Counted from the first letter of the stretch, positions 9,829 through 21,376 are shown. The stretch is 64,000 nt of DNA from Bacillota bacterium (GCA_051744805.1 JBNJDK010000002.1:9791-73790); one strand, 5' to 3'. Numbers and translations are program-made. Notes: a model not told the origin generated them from the sequence alone.

Positions 9829-10335
9829 TTACTCAATCAAGACCATTGCATAATAATCAGGTGTTTCACTTTTATCTTTTAATACCTCAATTTTGTAACC
9901 ATTGTTGCGAACAGTAGCATATACATCTATCCCACAACTTTCCAGCGAAGGTCTTGTTTCTGAAGGTTTGGGACATTCTTCCTGGCAATTACCACAATCT
10001 TCACAGGGGCCACATGCCAGACCAAATGCTTTTCTATAGCCAGCTAAGAAAATATTTTTTTCTAACTCTATGACAATTTTTTGCATTTCTGGATCATTAT
10101 GACCTTTAAGTAGCAATGCCCAATCATATTCTTCTAATACTTTTTTAGTTTCTTCAACTGAAGGTGTATTAGGAGGACAGGTGTAATTTTTTCCATAATC
10201 TTCACAGGAATATTTGCATTTCCATTTAACCCAGTTTGCCACTTCAATCGTAGAAGTAGAAATTATTTTTGCCTCTTCTACCCCTAAATTTTGGGCTTTT
10301 TCAAGAAAAGAATTATATTTTTTAATATATTTCAC
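9829..10335 (-). CDS. DUF2284-family Cys-rich metal-binding protein
   Basis: WKCKYSCEDYGKNYTCPP plus CGPCEDCGNCQEECP match my recollection of the DUF2284 signature. The GTG start abuts the putative SD, so the exact start is uncertain. Confidence 0.65.
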   Translation of the reverse strand: MKYIKKYNSFLEKAQNLGVEEAKIISTSTIEVANWVKWKCKYSCEDYGKNYTCPPNTPSVEETKKVLEEYDWALLLKGHNDPEMQKIVIELEKNIFLAGYRKAFGLACGPCEDCGNCQEECPKPSETRPSLESCGIDVYATVRNNGYKIEVLKDKSETPDYYAMVLIE

Positions 10336-10442
10336 CCCTTATATGAATAAGTAATTACTTCTATATTATTTATTCTTTAAAAAATTAAAATTTCCTTGAT
10401 AAATACTCATATTTTATTTATCTATAATTATTCTTAAAACAT

Positions 10443-10477
10443 TAAAAAAGGACAGCTGGTAAAAACCAACTGCCCTT
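10443..10477 (-). terminator. Rho-independent terminator downstream of groEL
   Basis: Minus strand: GGGCAGTTGG-tttttA-CCAGCTGTCC followed by TTTTTTAA. Confidence 0.75.
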
Positions 10478-10508
10478 TATGTGAGAAATATTTACATTTA
10501 ACGGCGTC

Positions 10509-12203
<1,695 letters not shown>

Positions 12204-12242
12204 TTATTATTTTTTTCAATTTATTAAATAAGTACTTGTTTT

Positions 12243-12536
12243 TTAACCAATAACTGCAAGAACATCTTCAATACTTAATACAAGGTAATCTTCACCTTCA
12301 AGTGTTAATTCTGTTCCAGCAAATTTATCAAATACAACTACATCCCCTTCTTCTACCTCAGGGCCATCTTCTTCAGTACAGCAACCTTTTCCAACAGCAA
12401 CTATCTCTCCCTGCTGTGGTTTTTCATCTTTCTTAGCTGTATCTGGTAGAACTATTCCACTTTTAGTCTTTTTTTCCTCTTCTTCTTCTTCTTTAATTTT
12501 AACTGCAACTCTGTCTCTTAATGGCTTAATTTTCAT
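12243..12536 (-). CDS. groS: Co-chaperonin GroES (Cpn10)
   Basis: [13 protein letters not shown]...GIVLPDTAK...GEIVAVG; located directly upstream of groEL. Confidence 0.95.
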   Translation of the reverse strand: MKIKPLRDRVAVKIKEEEEEEKKTKSGIVLPDTAKKDEKPQQGEIVAVGKGCCTEEDGPEVEEGDVVVFDKFAGTELTLEGEDYLVLSIEDVLAVIG

Positions 12537-12576
12537 TCAGTTTACCCCCTTTAAGATTTTTTGATATTTATTTTTA

Positions 12577-12603
12577 TTAGCACTCATTAGAGTTGAGTGC
12601 TAA
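12577..12603 (-). promoter_or_regulatory. CIRCE operator (HrcA binding site)
   Basis: Perfect TTAGCACTC-N9-GAGTGCTAA between the promoter and the groES SD. Confidence 0.95.
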
Positions 12604-12617
12604 CAATTACTGTAATA

Positions 12618-12646
12618 ATAATATCTAAGTATATATTTAAAATCAA
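12618..12646 (-). promoter_or_regulatory. groESL sigma-A promoter
   Basis: Minus strand: TTGATT (12646-12641), 17 nt, TATTAT (12623-12618), just upstream of CIRCE. Confidence 0.6.
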
Positions 12647-12746
12647 GGCAGGATAATTCGATTAATAACCATTAAAACTTGATTAAATCTTTAATACTTA
12701 GATATACTCGTCTATGCCCTATTTATCTACATTAAATGTTTCTAAA

Positions 12747-14096
12747 CTATAAAATTTCAATTTCAACTTCATATTTTTTTGATATCTCTTTGTAATTTCG
12801 TCCTGTTAAATCTTTTCCATAATCATCAAACATTATAGAAGGTAAGATAATTAAATTATTTTCTGATTTTTTAAATTCATTTTTATTTAGTTCATTTTCT
12901 ATATCATTTAAAGTTAATAAGCCAGCTGTGATTATACTTCCCCCAAAAAAATTATTTTTTACCTCTCTAATATTTATTTCTTTTTTAGGAAAAATACTTT
13001 TTAATTTATTAGTAATTAGAAATTCTAACATTTCTTTTGCCATTTTTGAAGTTAAAAAAATAATTTCATTAATTCTATATTTTTTTATTGTTTTTATTAT
13101 TTCATCTATAATATCCGGGGCTAAATCATAGTCCATAACAAGGCCTGATTTTTGGTCTTTTTTCTTATTAATTTTTATTTCAGATTTAGGACTATTTTTT
13201 ATTTCCAGAACAGGATTTTTATATTTTTTTATTTTTGTAAATGCATCAACTCTTGAAATAACCGGTTCATTATTTACTTTTTTTATTATATTTCCTTTTT
13301 TTAGCCTGGTATTAGCGGCTGGACTATCAGAGATAATTCCTTTAATAACAGCATCAAGATTTTTAAGATAAGGAGGTTCAAAAATAACAGGGGTTTTAAG
13401 CTTTTGATTAATTTGATTAATAAATTTATTTAATTTAGAATATAAATCAAACTCAAATTTCATATTTTCTTGAGAATAATCTGTATAAGCAGGCATAAAA
13501 ACTCTAATTGTTTTAGCATTATATTTATCTAAATAATTAATTGTTTTTTTTATACTTTCCCAACCCATAACATGGGGAAGAGCTACTAAGCTACCATTAA
13601 AATTTATATTATAGTCATTTAAACTTTTTATAGCATAAAAAACTTTTTTTCCATTTTTATCTTTCATTAAATATTCTCTTTCAGATGGAGTTGAGCAATT
13701 CAATGAAATATTTAAAGTAATATTCTCTAAGTCTTTAATTGTTTTTAGCATTTTTTTATTTAAAAAACTACCATTAGTAGTAATCCTTATTTCTTTATCA
13801 GGCCAACTATCTCTCAAAATCTTCAATATTTCTTTTATTTCAGGATGATAAAAAGGTTCACCTTCAATTATTTTTGTTGCCGATTCACCTAATATTACCG
13901 GTCCTTCTTTTGGTAAAAAGTCTATCATTTTTTTGATAAAATCAAAATTCAAATGACCGTAACTTTCTACTTCTAATTCTGGAGGGTTTTGAAAATGACT
14001 GCAAAATTTACAATGCAGATTACATTTGGAAGTAACAGGCAAAATATTATTTTCTTGAACTGTTTTTAGTATTAAATATTTTTGTTTACTATTCAT
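12747..14096 (-). CDS. Radical SAM protein with an internal PDZ-like segment and a DUF512-like C-terminus
   Basis: CNLHCKFCSH (CxxxCxxC) near the N-terminus. PDZ-like GIISDSPAANTRLKKGNIIKKVNNEPV in the middle. C-terminal NNFFGGSIITAGLLTLNDI resembles the DUF512 signature. Confidence 0.7.
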   Translation of the reverse strand: MNSKQKYLILKTVQENNILPVTSKCNLHCKFCSHFQNPPELEVESYGHLNFDFIKKMIDFLPKEGPVILGESATKIIEGEPFYHPEIKEILKILRDSWPDKEIRITTNGSFLNKKMLKTIKDLENITLNISLNCSTPSEREYLMKDKNGKKVFYAIKSLNDYNINFNGSLVALPHVMGWESIKKTINYLDKYNAKTIRVFMPAYTDYSQENMKFEFDLYSKLNKFINQINQKLKTPVIFEPPYLKNLDAVIKGIISDSPAANTRLKKGNIIKKVNNEPVISRVDAFTKIKKYKNPVLEIKNSPKSEIKINKKKDQKSGLVMDYDLAPDIIDEIIKTIKKYRINEIIFLTSKMAKEMLEFLITNKLKSIFPKKEINIREVKNNFFGGSIITAGLLTLNDIENELNKNEFKKSENNLIILPSIMFDDYGKDLTGRNYKEISKKYEVEIEIL

Positions 14097-14104
14097 TTTA
14101 TCAC

Positions 14105-15118
14105 CTATAAACTTAAATTAGGATCAGCATTAAGACTGAGATCTGCAAAATCCTTTTTTTGATATTGATAATAAGCTACTGCCCCTATCATAGCTGCATT
14201 ATCAGTACATAAATTCAATTCTGGATAATAAAGAGGAAGATTTTTTCTATTTAACTTTTTTCTAAGCTGATTTCGTAGTTCTTGATTTGCAGCTACTCCA
14301 CCTGAAATAACTACACTTCCAACTTTATAATTTTCTACTGCTTTAATTACTTTTTGTAAAAGCGAATCAATAACTGCCTGTTGAAAACTGGCTGCTATAT
14401 CAGCAATATTAGGTTTATTACCTCTTTGTTTTTCATTATGAACATAATTGATTACAGCTGTTTTTAAACCACTAAAACTAAAATCATAAACCTCATCATT
14501 ATTAAAAGAACGGGGAAAATCAATAGCTTTTGGATTACCTTCTTTAGCTTTTTCTTCAATCACCGGGCCACCTGGATAGCCTAAATCAAGAAAACGGGCT
14601 ATTTTATCAAAAGCCTCTCCCGCTGCATCATCTCTAGTTCTACCTAAAATTTCATATCCACCTAAATTTTCAAAATAAAGAAGGTCAGTATGGCCACCAG
14701 AAATCGTTAAACAAATTACAGGAGTTTCAATCTCAGGGTTAGATATAAAATTTGCATAAATATGGCCAGCTATATGGTTTACACCTATAAAAGGTTTATC
14801 AAGGGCATAAGCCAGAGCTTTGGCAGTAGAAAGACCCACAAGCAACCCTCCAACTAAACCAGGACCATGAGTAGCAGCTATAGCATCAATTTGTTCTAAA
14901 TTAACTTTTGCTTCATCTAAAGCCTTTTCAATTACTGGATTTATAAATTCTAAATGTTTTCTAGATGCTATTTCAGGAACTACACCACCGAATTTGCGAT
15001 GCCAATCTACCTGGGAAGCTACTATATTAGAAAGAATATCAAGACCATTTTTAGTTACTGCTGCTGCAGTTTCATCACAGGAAGTTTCTAAAGCCAATAT
15101 ATATATATCTTTATCCAT
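14105..15118 (-). CDS. tsaD: tRNA N6-adenosine threonylcarbamoyltransferase TsaD
   Basis: ILALETSCDETAAAV, HIAGHI and the GVAAN motifs of Kae1/TsaD. Confidence 0.96.
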   Translation of the reverse strand: MDKDIYILALETSCDETAAAVTKNGLDILSNIVASQVDWHRKFGGVVPEIASRKHLEFINPVIEKALDEAKVNLEQIDAIAATHGPGLVGGLLVGLSTAKALAYALDKPFIGVNHIAGHIYANFISNPEIETPVICLTISGGHTDLLYFENLGGYEILGRTRDDAAGEAFDKIARFLDLGYPGGPVIEEKAKEGNPKAIDFPRSFNNDEVYDFSFSGLKTAVINYVHNEKQRGNKPNIADIAASFQQAVIDSLLQKVIKAVENYKVGSVVISGGVAANQELRNQLRKKLNRKNLPLYYPELNLCTDNAAMIGAVAYYQYQKKDFADLSLNADPNLSL

Positions 15119-15572
15119 TATTTATCACCTTCCACATTATTAAAGCATCTTCACCATCATTTTCATAATAATTTTTTTTATAATCTATAATTTCAAAATT
15201 TCTATTTTTATAAAAATCAATTGCAGTCTTATTGCTTTCCCTAACTTCAAGATATAAGTTAGATTTTCTAGACATTCCAGCAGTATTTTCTACATTTTTT
15301 AATAATAAAGAAGCAATACCCTTATTTTGAAATTTTTTTGCAACTGCCAGGTTTGTAATATGAATATATTCTTTTAAAATCCAAAATCCTATATATCCAA
15401 TAATAGCTCGACCTTTTCTGGCTACAAAATAAATAGCATGAGGATTTTTTTCTATTTCATTTATAAAAGCATTTTTTGACCAGGGGTCACTAAAAACCTC
15501 TTTCTCAATTTTCATCACTTTATTTATATCATCTATATCCATTAAATCTATTAGTATTTCCATATTACTCAC
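15111..15572 (-). CDS. rimI: Ribosomal-protein-alanine N-acetyltransferase (GNAT)
   Basis: GNAT motif A (VAKKFQNKGIASLLL) in the conserved tsaB-rimI-tsaD position, with overlapping stop and start codons. Confidence 0.85.
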   Translation of the reverse strand: MSNMEILIDLMDIDDINKVMKIEKEVFSDPWSKNAFINEIEKNPHAIYFVARKGRAIIGYIGFWILKEYIHITNLAVAKKFQNKGIASLLLKNVENTAGMSRKSNLYLEVRESNKTAIDFYKNRNFEIIDYKKNYYENDGEDALIMWKVINNG

Positions 15573-16290
15573 TTTCTATTTTCTTAAAATTTATTTCTGC
15601 CTGTGGTTTTTTGAGATAATTAGGAGTTAATTCAGCCACATTATGAGAAATATCTGCTTCAAAATAATTTTTTCCTAATTCTGCAATAATAGCCCCACGA
15701 GGGTTATTAAAAGAAGGATGGGCAAAGTTAGTATTAAGATCCACATTATTTAATAAATTTCTATATTTATCTACCCCATTACCTATAAAATATATTTTTT
15801 TATTATTAATTGAATCAATTAATTTTAATTCAGCTATCAATTCCTCTAATGACAGAGTAGTATCCTCCCATATTCTTTTGTTGCTGAAATTAACTTCTTT
15901 TAAATAATTATCAAAAAGAGCAGTATAAACTCTTTCTCTTCTGGCATCTATAATAGGTACTAATAATCCTTCAACATCCTTATAATTATATGCAAGAACT
16001 TCAAGAGAAGATAATCCAACAATTGGAATTTTTAATGCCTGAGCAAAACCTTTTACAGTACTTAAAGCAATTCTAAGGCCAGTGAAAGATCCAGGACCAA
16101 CTGTCACTGCAATGCCATTGATTTCATTGATACTATAATCAGATTCTTGAAATAAATGAGATATATTAGGTAAAAGTCTTTCACTATGTCGTCTATAAAG
16201 AGCCAAATTAATTTCACCAATAATTTTTTTGTCATCTAAAAGTGCTATTGCAGCCATTTCAGTACTTGAATCAATCCCTAATATTAACAT
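15565..16290 (-). CDS. tsaB: tRNA threonylcarbamoyladenosine biosynthesis protein TsaB
   Basis: ILGIDSST....ALLD, GPGSFTGLRI; operon context. Confidence 0.92.
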   Translation of the reverse strand: MLILGIDSSTEMAAIALLDDKKIIGEINLALYRRHSERLLPNISHLFQESDYSINEINGIAVTVGPGSFTGLRIALSTVKGFAQALKIPIVGLSSLEVLAYNYKDVEGLLVPIIDARRERVYTALFDNYLKEVNFSNKRIWEDTTLSLEELIAELKLIDSINNKKIYFIGNGVDKYRNLLNNVDLNTNFAHPSFNNPRGAIIAELGKNYFEADISHNVAELTPNYLKKPQAEINFKKIESE

Positions 16291-16753
16291 ATTCAGCCAA
16301 TCCTTTCATTAAATTTTTTGATTTTTTACCTTTAGCTTCAAATTTTAATTTTCGGGTATTATCAGAAATAATTTCAAAAGTTATCAACAAAAAATCTTCT
16401 GGTAGTAAACTATAAGCCAATTCTGGCCATTCTATTACAACAATTCCATCTCTATAAAGATAATCTTCAAAACCAATATTCAATAAATCCATTTCATTAT
16501 CCAAACGATATAAATCCATATGATAAAGTGGAATTTTACCAGGATATTCGTTAATTAAATTATAGGTTGGACTACTTACCTCTTTATTTAAATTTAAAGC
16601 CCCAGCTATACCTTTAACAAATCTAGTCTTACCACTACCTAAATCACCTTTTAATAAAATAATCTGACCTACTTTAGCATTTTTACCCAAGTTTTTTCCT
16701 AATTTTATAGTTTCATATTCATTATTGGATATAAAATATTTTTCTTTTTCCAT
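16271..16753 (-). CDS. tsaE: tRNA threonylcarbamoyladenosine biosynthesis ATPase TsaE
   Basis: P-loop GDLGSGKTRFVKG, SPTYNLINEY, HMDLYRL. Confidence 0.93.
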   Translation of the reverse strand: MEKEKYFISNNEYETIKLGKNLGKNAKVGQIILLKGDLGSGKTRFVKGIAGALNLNKEVSSPTYNLINEYPGKIPLYHMDLYRLDNEMDLLNIGFEDYLYRDGIVVIEWPELAYSLLPEDFLLITFEIISDNTRKLKFEAKGKKSKNLMKGLAEYVNIRD

Positions 16754-16767
16754 TGTTTATAACTCCT

Positions 16768-17310
16768 CTATTGTCGCAATTCCTTTAAATTTTCCTCTAA
16801 ATAATCATTTATCCAATCTACAATCTCAGGATGATTTATTTCTAAACCTTCAATTTCTTTCTTTAATTCCTCTGTATTTAATTCAAATTCTTTATCATTG
16901 TATATATGTTTATATATAAAATCAAGCTGAGGATTAGTTATTATTAATGAAACTATTGTTCCAACTATATCCCCTAAAGGGGCCCGATCAATATGATCAT
17001 ATTGAAATTCAACTTCTAGCTTTGTTCCTTTTTCTTTTTTAGAATCAATTTTTAATTTACCATTACAGTTTTCAGCTGCTTTTTTTAAAAAAGGTAGTCC
17101 TAACCCTACTTCTCTAGTAGTTCTGCTCGTTACAAAAGGGTCAAGAACTTCTTTTTGTTGATCTCTATCCATCCCTGTACCATCATCATTTATTTTTATT
17201 TTAAGTAAATTTTGATCAATTTTTTCAATTATAATAATTTCTACCTTCTCAGCTTCTGCAGCAATTGAATTCTGAACAATATCTAAAATATGTAAAGAAA
17301 TTTCTTTCAT
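16768..17310 (-). CDS. Stand-alone GHKL (histidine-kinase-like) ATPase-domain protein
   Basis: N-box HILDIVQNSIAA, G1 DDGTGM, G2 GLGLPF. No DHp/His-phosphotransfer or sensor domain. About 70 extra C-terminal residues. Confidence 0.75.
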   Translation of the reverse strand: MKEISLHILDIVQNSIAAEAEKVEIIIIEKIDQNLLKIKINDDGTGMDRDQQKEVLDPFVTSRTTREVGLGLPFLKKAAENCNGKLKIDSKKEKGTKLEVEFQYDHIDRAPLGDIVGTIVSLIITNPQLDFIYKHIYNDKEFELNTEELKKEIEGLEINHPEIVDWINDYLEENLKELRQ

Positions 17311-17362
17311 TTATTTCACCTCGCTGGGAACTATTTGTATTATATCATATTCTCTCCAAAGC

Positions 17363-17400
17363 ACAAAAACGGCAGTTTCTCAAAACGAGATAACTGCCGC
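17363..17400 (-). terminator. Rho-independent terminator of the hydrogenase operon
   Basis: Minus strand: CGGCAGTT-atctcgttttgagA-AACTGCCG followed by TTTTTG, about 40 nt after the hydA stop. Confidence 0.8.
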
Positions 17401-17437
17401 TCATCTGAATTATTGTTATTAATTTCTTTTATATTTG

Positions 17438-19159
17438 CTAATTTCTATCTCTTCTTTTATAAGTTGTATGAAGTAAATGATGAGAATCTCCACTAAGTGG
17501 TTCACCAAGGTATTCTTCATAAAGTCTTACTATCATTGGATTTTCATGTGACTTTCTAATCGCTTTACTTTCATCAATACTGGAAAGTCCTTTTCCTCTT
17601 TTTTCTTTTATATCTTTATCTACTGGTAAAGGCTGTCCTCCTCCACCAACACATCCATTAGGACAGGCCATTATTTCAATAAAATCATACTTGCATTCTC
17701 CAGCTTTAACTTTATCTAATAATTCTGCTGCTCTTGATAAGCCATTTGCAATTGCTATATTTAAGGTTTGATCTCCAATTTTTACTTCAACCTCATTAAC
17801 TCCTCTAAAACCAAGATCCAGTCTTTCTAATTCTTCACCGGTTAATTTTTCTTTTACTGTTCTAGCTGCAGCTTCGGCAACTCCTCCGGTTGTACCAAAA
17901 ATAGTTCCAGCTCCTGTAGATTTACCCATCATTTCATCATATTCCTGATCTTCCAGACGAGTGAAATCAAGCCCTATTTCTCTAATCATTCTTGCCAACT
18001 CTCTAGTAGTTAACACTGCATCAGTATCTTTATAACCACTATCATTCATTTCTTTTCTATCTTTTTCAAACTTTTTGGCGGTACAGGGCATAATTGAAAC
18101 TGTATAAATATTTTCTGGATCTATACCACTCTCTTCTGCATAATAAGTTTTTGCAAGAGCAGAAAACATTTGTTGAGGCGATTTCGCTGTAGAAAGATTA
18201 TCCAGAAGTTCTGGATAATTGTGTTCAGCAAATTTTACCCAACCTGGACAACAGGAAGTAATTTGTGGTAAATCTTTTTGCCCTTTTATTCTTTTTAATA
18301 ATTCATTACCTTCTTCCATAATGGTAAGATCAGCAGTAAATTCAGTTGAAAATACTTTGTCAAATCCTATTTTTCTTAAAGAAGCCACCAATTTACCAGT
18401 TACAACTGTTCCAGGTTCATATCCAAATTCTTCACCTAGAGTAGCCTGAATAGCTGGAGCAGTTTGTACTATTACATGTTTTTCTTCATCTTCAATAGCA
18501 TTCCATACTCTATCAATTTCACTAATTTCAGTTATTGCACCTACTGGACAGACTGTTGCACATTGACCACAGTTAGCACAATTAATTTCACTTTGGGGCA
18601 TGTCAAAAGCTGTTTGAACAACTGTATCAAATCCACGTCCACTAAACTGTAAGGCTGAAACCCCTTGGACTTCTTCGCAGACTCTTACACAACGACCACA
18701 TAATATACATTTGTTAGGATCCCTTTTTAAAGCAGGTCCTGTATTATCTATTGTATTTTCACGAGTTTCTCCTTTTAATTCTTCCATATCGTCACTATTT
18801 ATACCTAAACTATAGGTTATATCCTGTAATTCACAACTGCCATTTCTATCACAACCAAGACAATCATTAGGGTGATTGGCCAGTAGTAATTTTACATTTC
18901 TTCTTCTGGCTTTTCTGGCTCTTGCACTTCTAGTATTAATTTTCATCCCATCCTGGGCAGGTGTACAACAGGAAGCAAGTAATTCACCTGATTCTTTATC
19001 TTCAACTACACAAACCCTACATGCACCGTGAATTGTAAGATCAGGGTGATAGCATAAAGTTGGAACATCAATTCCTAATTCTTTAGCTGCATCGAGAATA
19101 GTTGCTCCTTCTTCAACCTGAATTTCCTCATTATCTATAATTAAATTTATTTCGGACAT
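17438..19159 (-). CDS. hndD: [FeFe]-hydrogenase catalytic subunit (HndD / HydA of an electron-bifurcating, NAD(P)-linked complex)
   Basis: Complete H-cluster motifs TSCCPGW, MPCTAKKFE and MACPNGCVGGGGQP. N-terminal 2Fe-2S fold plus His-ligated and 2x[4Fe-4S] motifs (CILCGRCVRVC, CANCGQCATVCP). Confidence 0.95.
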   Translation of the reverse strand: MSEINLIIDNEEIQVEEGATILDAAKELGIDVPTLCYHPDLTIHGACRVCVVEDKESGELLASCCTPAQDGMKINTRSARARKARRRNVKLLLANHPNDCLGCDRNGSCELQDITYSLGINSDDMEELKGETRENTIDNTGPALKRDPNKCILCGRCVRVCEEVQGVSALQFSGRGFDTVVQTAFDMPQSEINCANCGQCATVCPVGAITEISEIDRVWNAIEDEEKHVIVQTAPAIQATLGEEFGYEPGTVVTGKLVASLRKIGFDKVFSTEFTADLTIMEEGNELLKRIKGQKDLPQITSCCPGWVKFAEHNYPELLDNLSTAKSPQQMFSALAKTYYAEESGIDPENIYTVSIMPCTAKKFEKDRKEMNDSGYKDTDAVLTTRELARMIREIGLDFTRLEDQEYDEMMGKSTGAGTIFGTTGGVAEAAARTVKEKLTGEELERLDLGFRGVNEVEVKIGDQTLNIAIANGLSRAAELLDKVKAGECKYDFIEIMACPNGCVGGGGQPLPVDKDIKEKRGKGLSSIDESKAIRKSHENPMIVRLYEEYLGEPLSGDSHHLLHTTYKRRDRN

Positions 19160-19183
19160 CTGTTATCCCTCCTTTTTTAAATT

Positions 19184-20986
19184 CTATCCCTGTGATATTG
19201 CATCTACTGGACAAACTTCTTCACAGGCTCCACAGGAAATACATTTATCTGGGTCAATTTCATAAACTTCTTTTGATTTTCCACTTATAGCATCTACCGG
19301 ACATTCTTTTGCACACATACCACAACCAATACATGTATCTTCATCTATTACATATGCACTTGCCATTCCCGGGCAAACTCCTGCCGGACATTTTTTATCA
19401 TAAATATGTGCTTCATATTCATCTCTAAAATACTGTAAAGTTGAAAGAACAGGATTAGGAGCAGACTGACCTAAACCACAAAGAGCTGTATCTTTAATAT
19501 GATTTGCCAGTTCTTCAAGTAATTGAATATCTCCTTCTTCACCTTTCCCATCACATAATCTATTTAAAATCTCAAGCATTCTTTTTGTTCCCTCACGACA
19601 GGGAGTACATTTGCCACATGATTCACTTTGAGTAAAGTTAAGGAAAAAACGAGCAACATCAACCATACAGGTACTATCATCCATTACAACCATACCACCT
19701 GAACCCATCATAGCTCCAACTTCAAGAAGCGAATCATAATCTATCGGTAAATCAAGATAGTCAGCTGGTATACACCCACCAGATGGACCACCAGTTTGCA
19801 CTGCCTTAAATTCTCTGCCTTCAGCAAGACCTCCACCTATATCAAAGATGACTTCTTTTAAAGTAGTACCCATCGGTACTTCAACAAGCCCTGTGTTATT
19901 AATTTTACCTGTTAAGGCAAAAACTTTTGTACCACTACTATTTTCAGTACCTATAGAAGCAAAATCTTTTCCGCCATTATTAATGATATATGGTATATTA
20001 CCAAAAGTCTCAACATTATTTATATTGGTTGGCTTACCCCATAAACCTTTATTTGCTGGATATGGTGGACGAGGTCTTGGCATACCTCTTTTACCTTCAA
20101 TTGAAGCCATGAGTGCTGTTTCCTCTCCACAAACAAAAGCACCAGCACCTTTTTTAATATTTAATTCAAAATCAAATCCACTATTAAATAGATTTTCACC
20201 TAAAAGACCATATTCTTCAGCATCTTTAATGGCTTTTTTAAGTCTTTCAATTGCAAGAGGATATTCAGCTCTTACATAGACATAACCTTCATTTGCTCCA
20301 ATAGCATAAGCCCCAATAATCATACCCTCTATTATACGATGTGGATCCCCCTCAAGTAAACTTCTATCCATAAAGGCTCCAGGATCTCCTTCATCAGCAT
20401 TACAAATTATATATTTTTTATCACCTTCAGCAGAATTAGCAAACTGCCACTTTAAACCAGTGGGAAAGCCTCCTCCACCTCTACCTCTTAAACCAGAATC
20501 TTTTACTTCTGAAATTATTTCTTCTGGCTTCATTTCAGTTAAAGCTTTACCAGCAGCTTCATAGCCATCAGAAGCTATATATTCATCAATATTTTCAGGA
20601 TCTATTTTTCCACAATTTGATAATACTATTCTTTGCTGTTTTTTATAAAAATCAATATCCTGATAAGAAGGAATACTCTCTTCAGTCATTGGTTCTTTAA
20701 ACAATAGACGTTCTACAGTTCTTCCTTTAAGCAAATGTTCTTCTACAACTTCTTCCATATCTTCAGGCTTTAATTCACAATAAAAAACTCCTTCAGGATA
20801 AATAACCATAATAGGTCCTTTTTCACAAAATCCATGACATCCTGTTTCTACAACTTTAATTTCATCTAAGAGATCATGTTTTGCAAGTTCATCCTGCAAA
20901 CTAAGTTTTACATTTTCTGCACCTGAAGACTTACAACCTGTTCCAGTACAGATCAAAATATGAGAACGATATATAGTTTCATTCAT
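19184..20986 (-). CDS. hndC: NuoF-like NAD(P)H/FMN-binding flavoprotein subunit (HndC / HydB)
   Basis: GLRGRGGGGFPTGLKW, ESCGKCTPCREG, an N-terminal thioredoxin-like 2Fe-2S segment and two C-terminal ferredoxin motifs (CIGCGMCAKECP, CISCGACEEVCP). Confidence 0.95.
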   Translation of the reverse strand: MNETIYRSHILICTGTGCKSSGAENVKLSLQDELAKHDLLDEIKVVETGCHGFCEKGPIMVIYPEGVFYCELKPEDMEEVVEEHLLKGRTVERLLFKEPMTEESIPSYQDIDFYKKQQRIVLSNCGKIDPENIDEYIASDGYEAAGKALTEMKPEEIISEVKDSGLRGRGGGGFPTGLKWQFANSAEGDKKYIICNADEGDPGAFMDRSLLEGDPHRIIEGMIIGAYAIGANEGYVYVRAEYPLAIERLKKAIKDAEEYGLLGENLFNSGFDFELNIKKGAGAFVCGEETALMASIEGKRGMPRPRPPYPANKGLWGKPTNINNVETFGNIPYIINNGGKDFASIGTENSSGTKVFALTGKINNTGLVEVPMGTTLKEVIFDIGGGLAEGREFKAVQTGGPSGGCIPADYLDLPIDYDSLLEVGAMMGSGGMVVMDDSTCMVDVARFFLNFTQSESCGKCTPCREGTKRMLEILNRLCDGKGEEGDIQLLEELANHIKDTALCGLGQSAPNPVLSTLQYFRDEYEAHIYDKKCPAGVCPGMASAYVIDEDTCIGCGMCAKECPVDAISGKSKEVYEIDPDKCISCGACEEVCPVDAISQG

Positions 20987-21010
20987 ATTAGTCTTTTACC
21001 TCCTTCAGTT

Positions 21011-21376
21011 TTATTCTTCCATTCGAGCAATAACAAGATCTTTTACAACATTTCCATTTATAACGTGTTCTACAATTATTTTGCTTACATCTGAAGGTTC
21101 AAGATTTCCATAAGTTATTCTTTCTTTTCCAGGTAATTTCACATCAAGTAACGGCTCTTTTTCACACATACCTATACAACCAGTTTGTGTTACTGTAACA
21201 TCAATATCTCTTTTATTAACTTCTTCCATTACTTTTTTAAGGATTTCTCTTGCTCCAGCTGCTATGCCACAGGTTCCCATTCCAACAATTATTTTAGGTT
21301 TCTCTGTATTATCTCTTGCATCAAGATCTTTTTTAACTTTATCTCTTAATTCATGTAATTCTTCAAGAGATTTCAT
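21011..21376 (-). CDS. hndB: Small thioredoxin-like [2Fe-2S] ferredoxin subunit (HndB-like)
   Basis: GMGTCGIAAGAR ... TGCIGMCEKEP. Start moved to ATG 21376 (GAGAGGTGGG, 7 nt, ATG). Confidence 0.85.
   Translation of the reverse strand: MKSLEELHELRDKVKKDLDARDNTEKPKIIVGMGTCGIAAGAREILKKVMEEVNKRDIDVTVTQTGCIGMCEKEPLLDVKLPGKERITYGNLEPSDVSKIIVEHVINGNVVKDLVIARMEE

Noticed and set aside
12470-12500. GAA/GAG run encoding six consecutive Glu residues in the GroES mobile-loop region, plus a CC dipeptide in the roof loop
   Set aside because: This is probably lineage-specific compositional variation in an otherwise canonical GroES, and the sequence gives no indication of a distinct function.
19848-20279. 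143-aa plus-strand ORF antisense to the NuoF-like hydrogenase subunit
   Set aside because: It lies entirely inside a strongly supported minus-strand gene. It has no SD, and its low-complexity P/L/S-rich translation is typical of a shadow frame.
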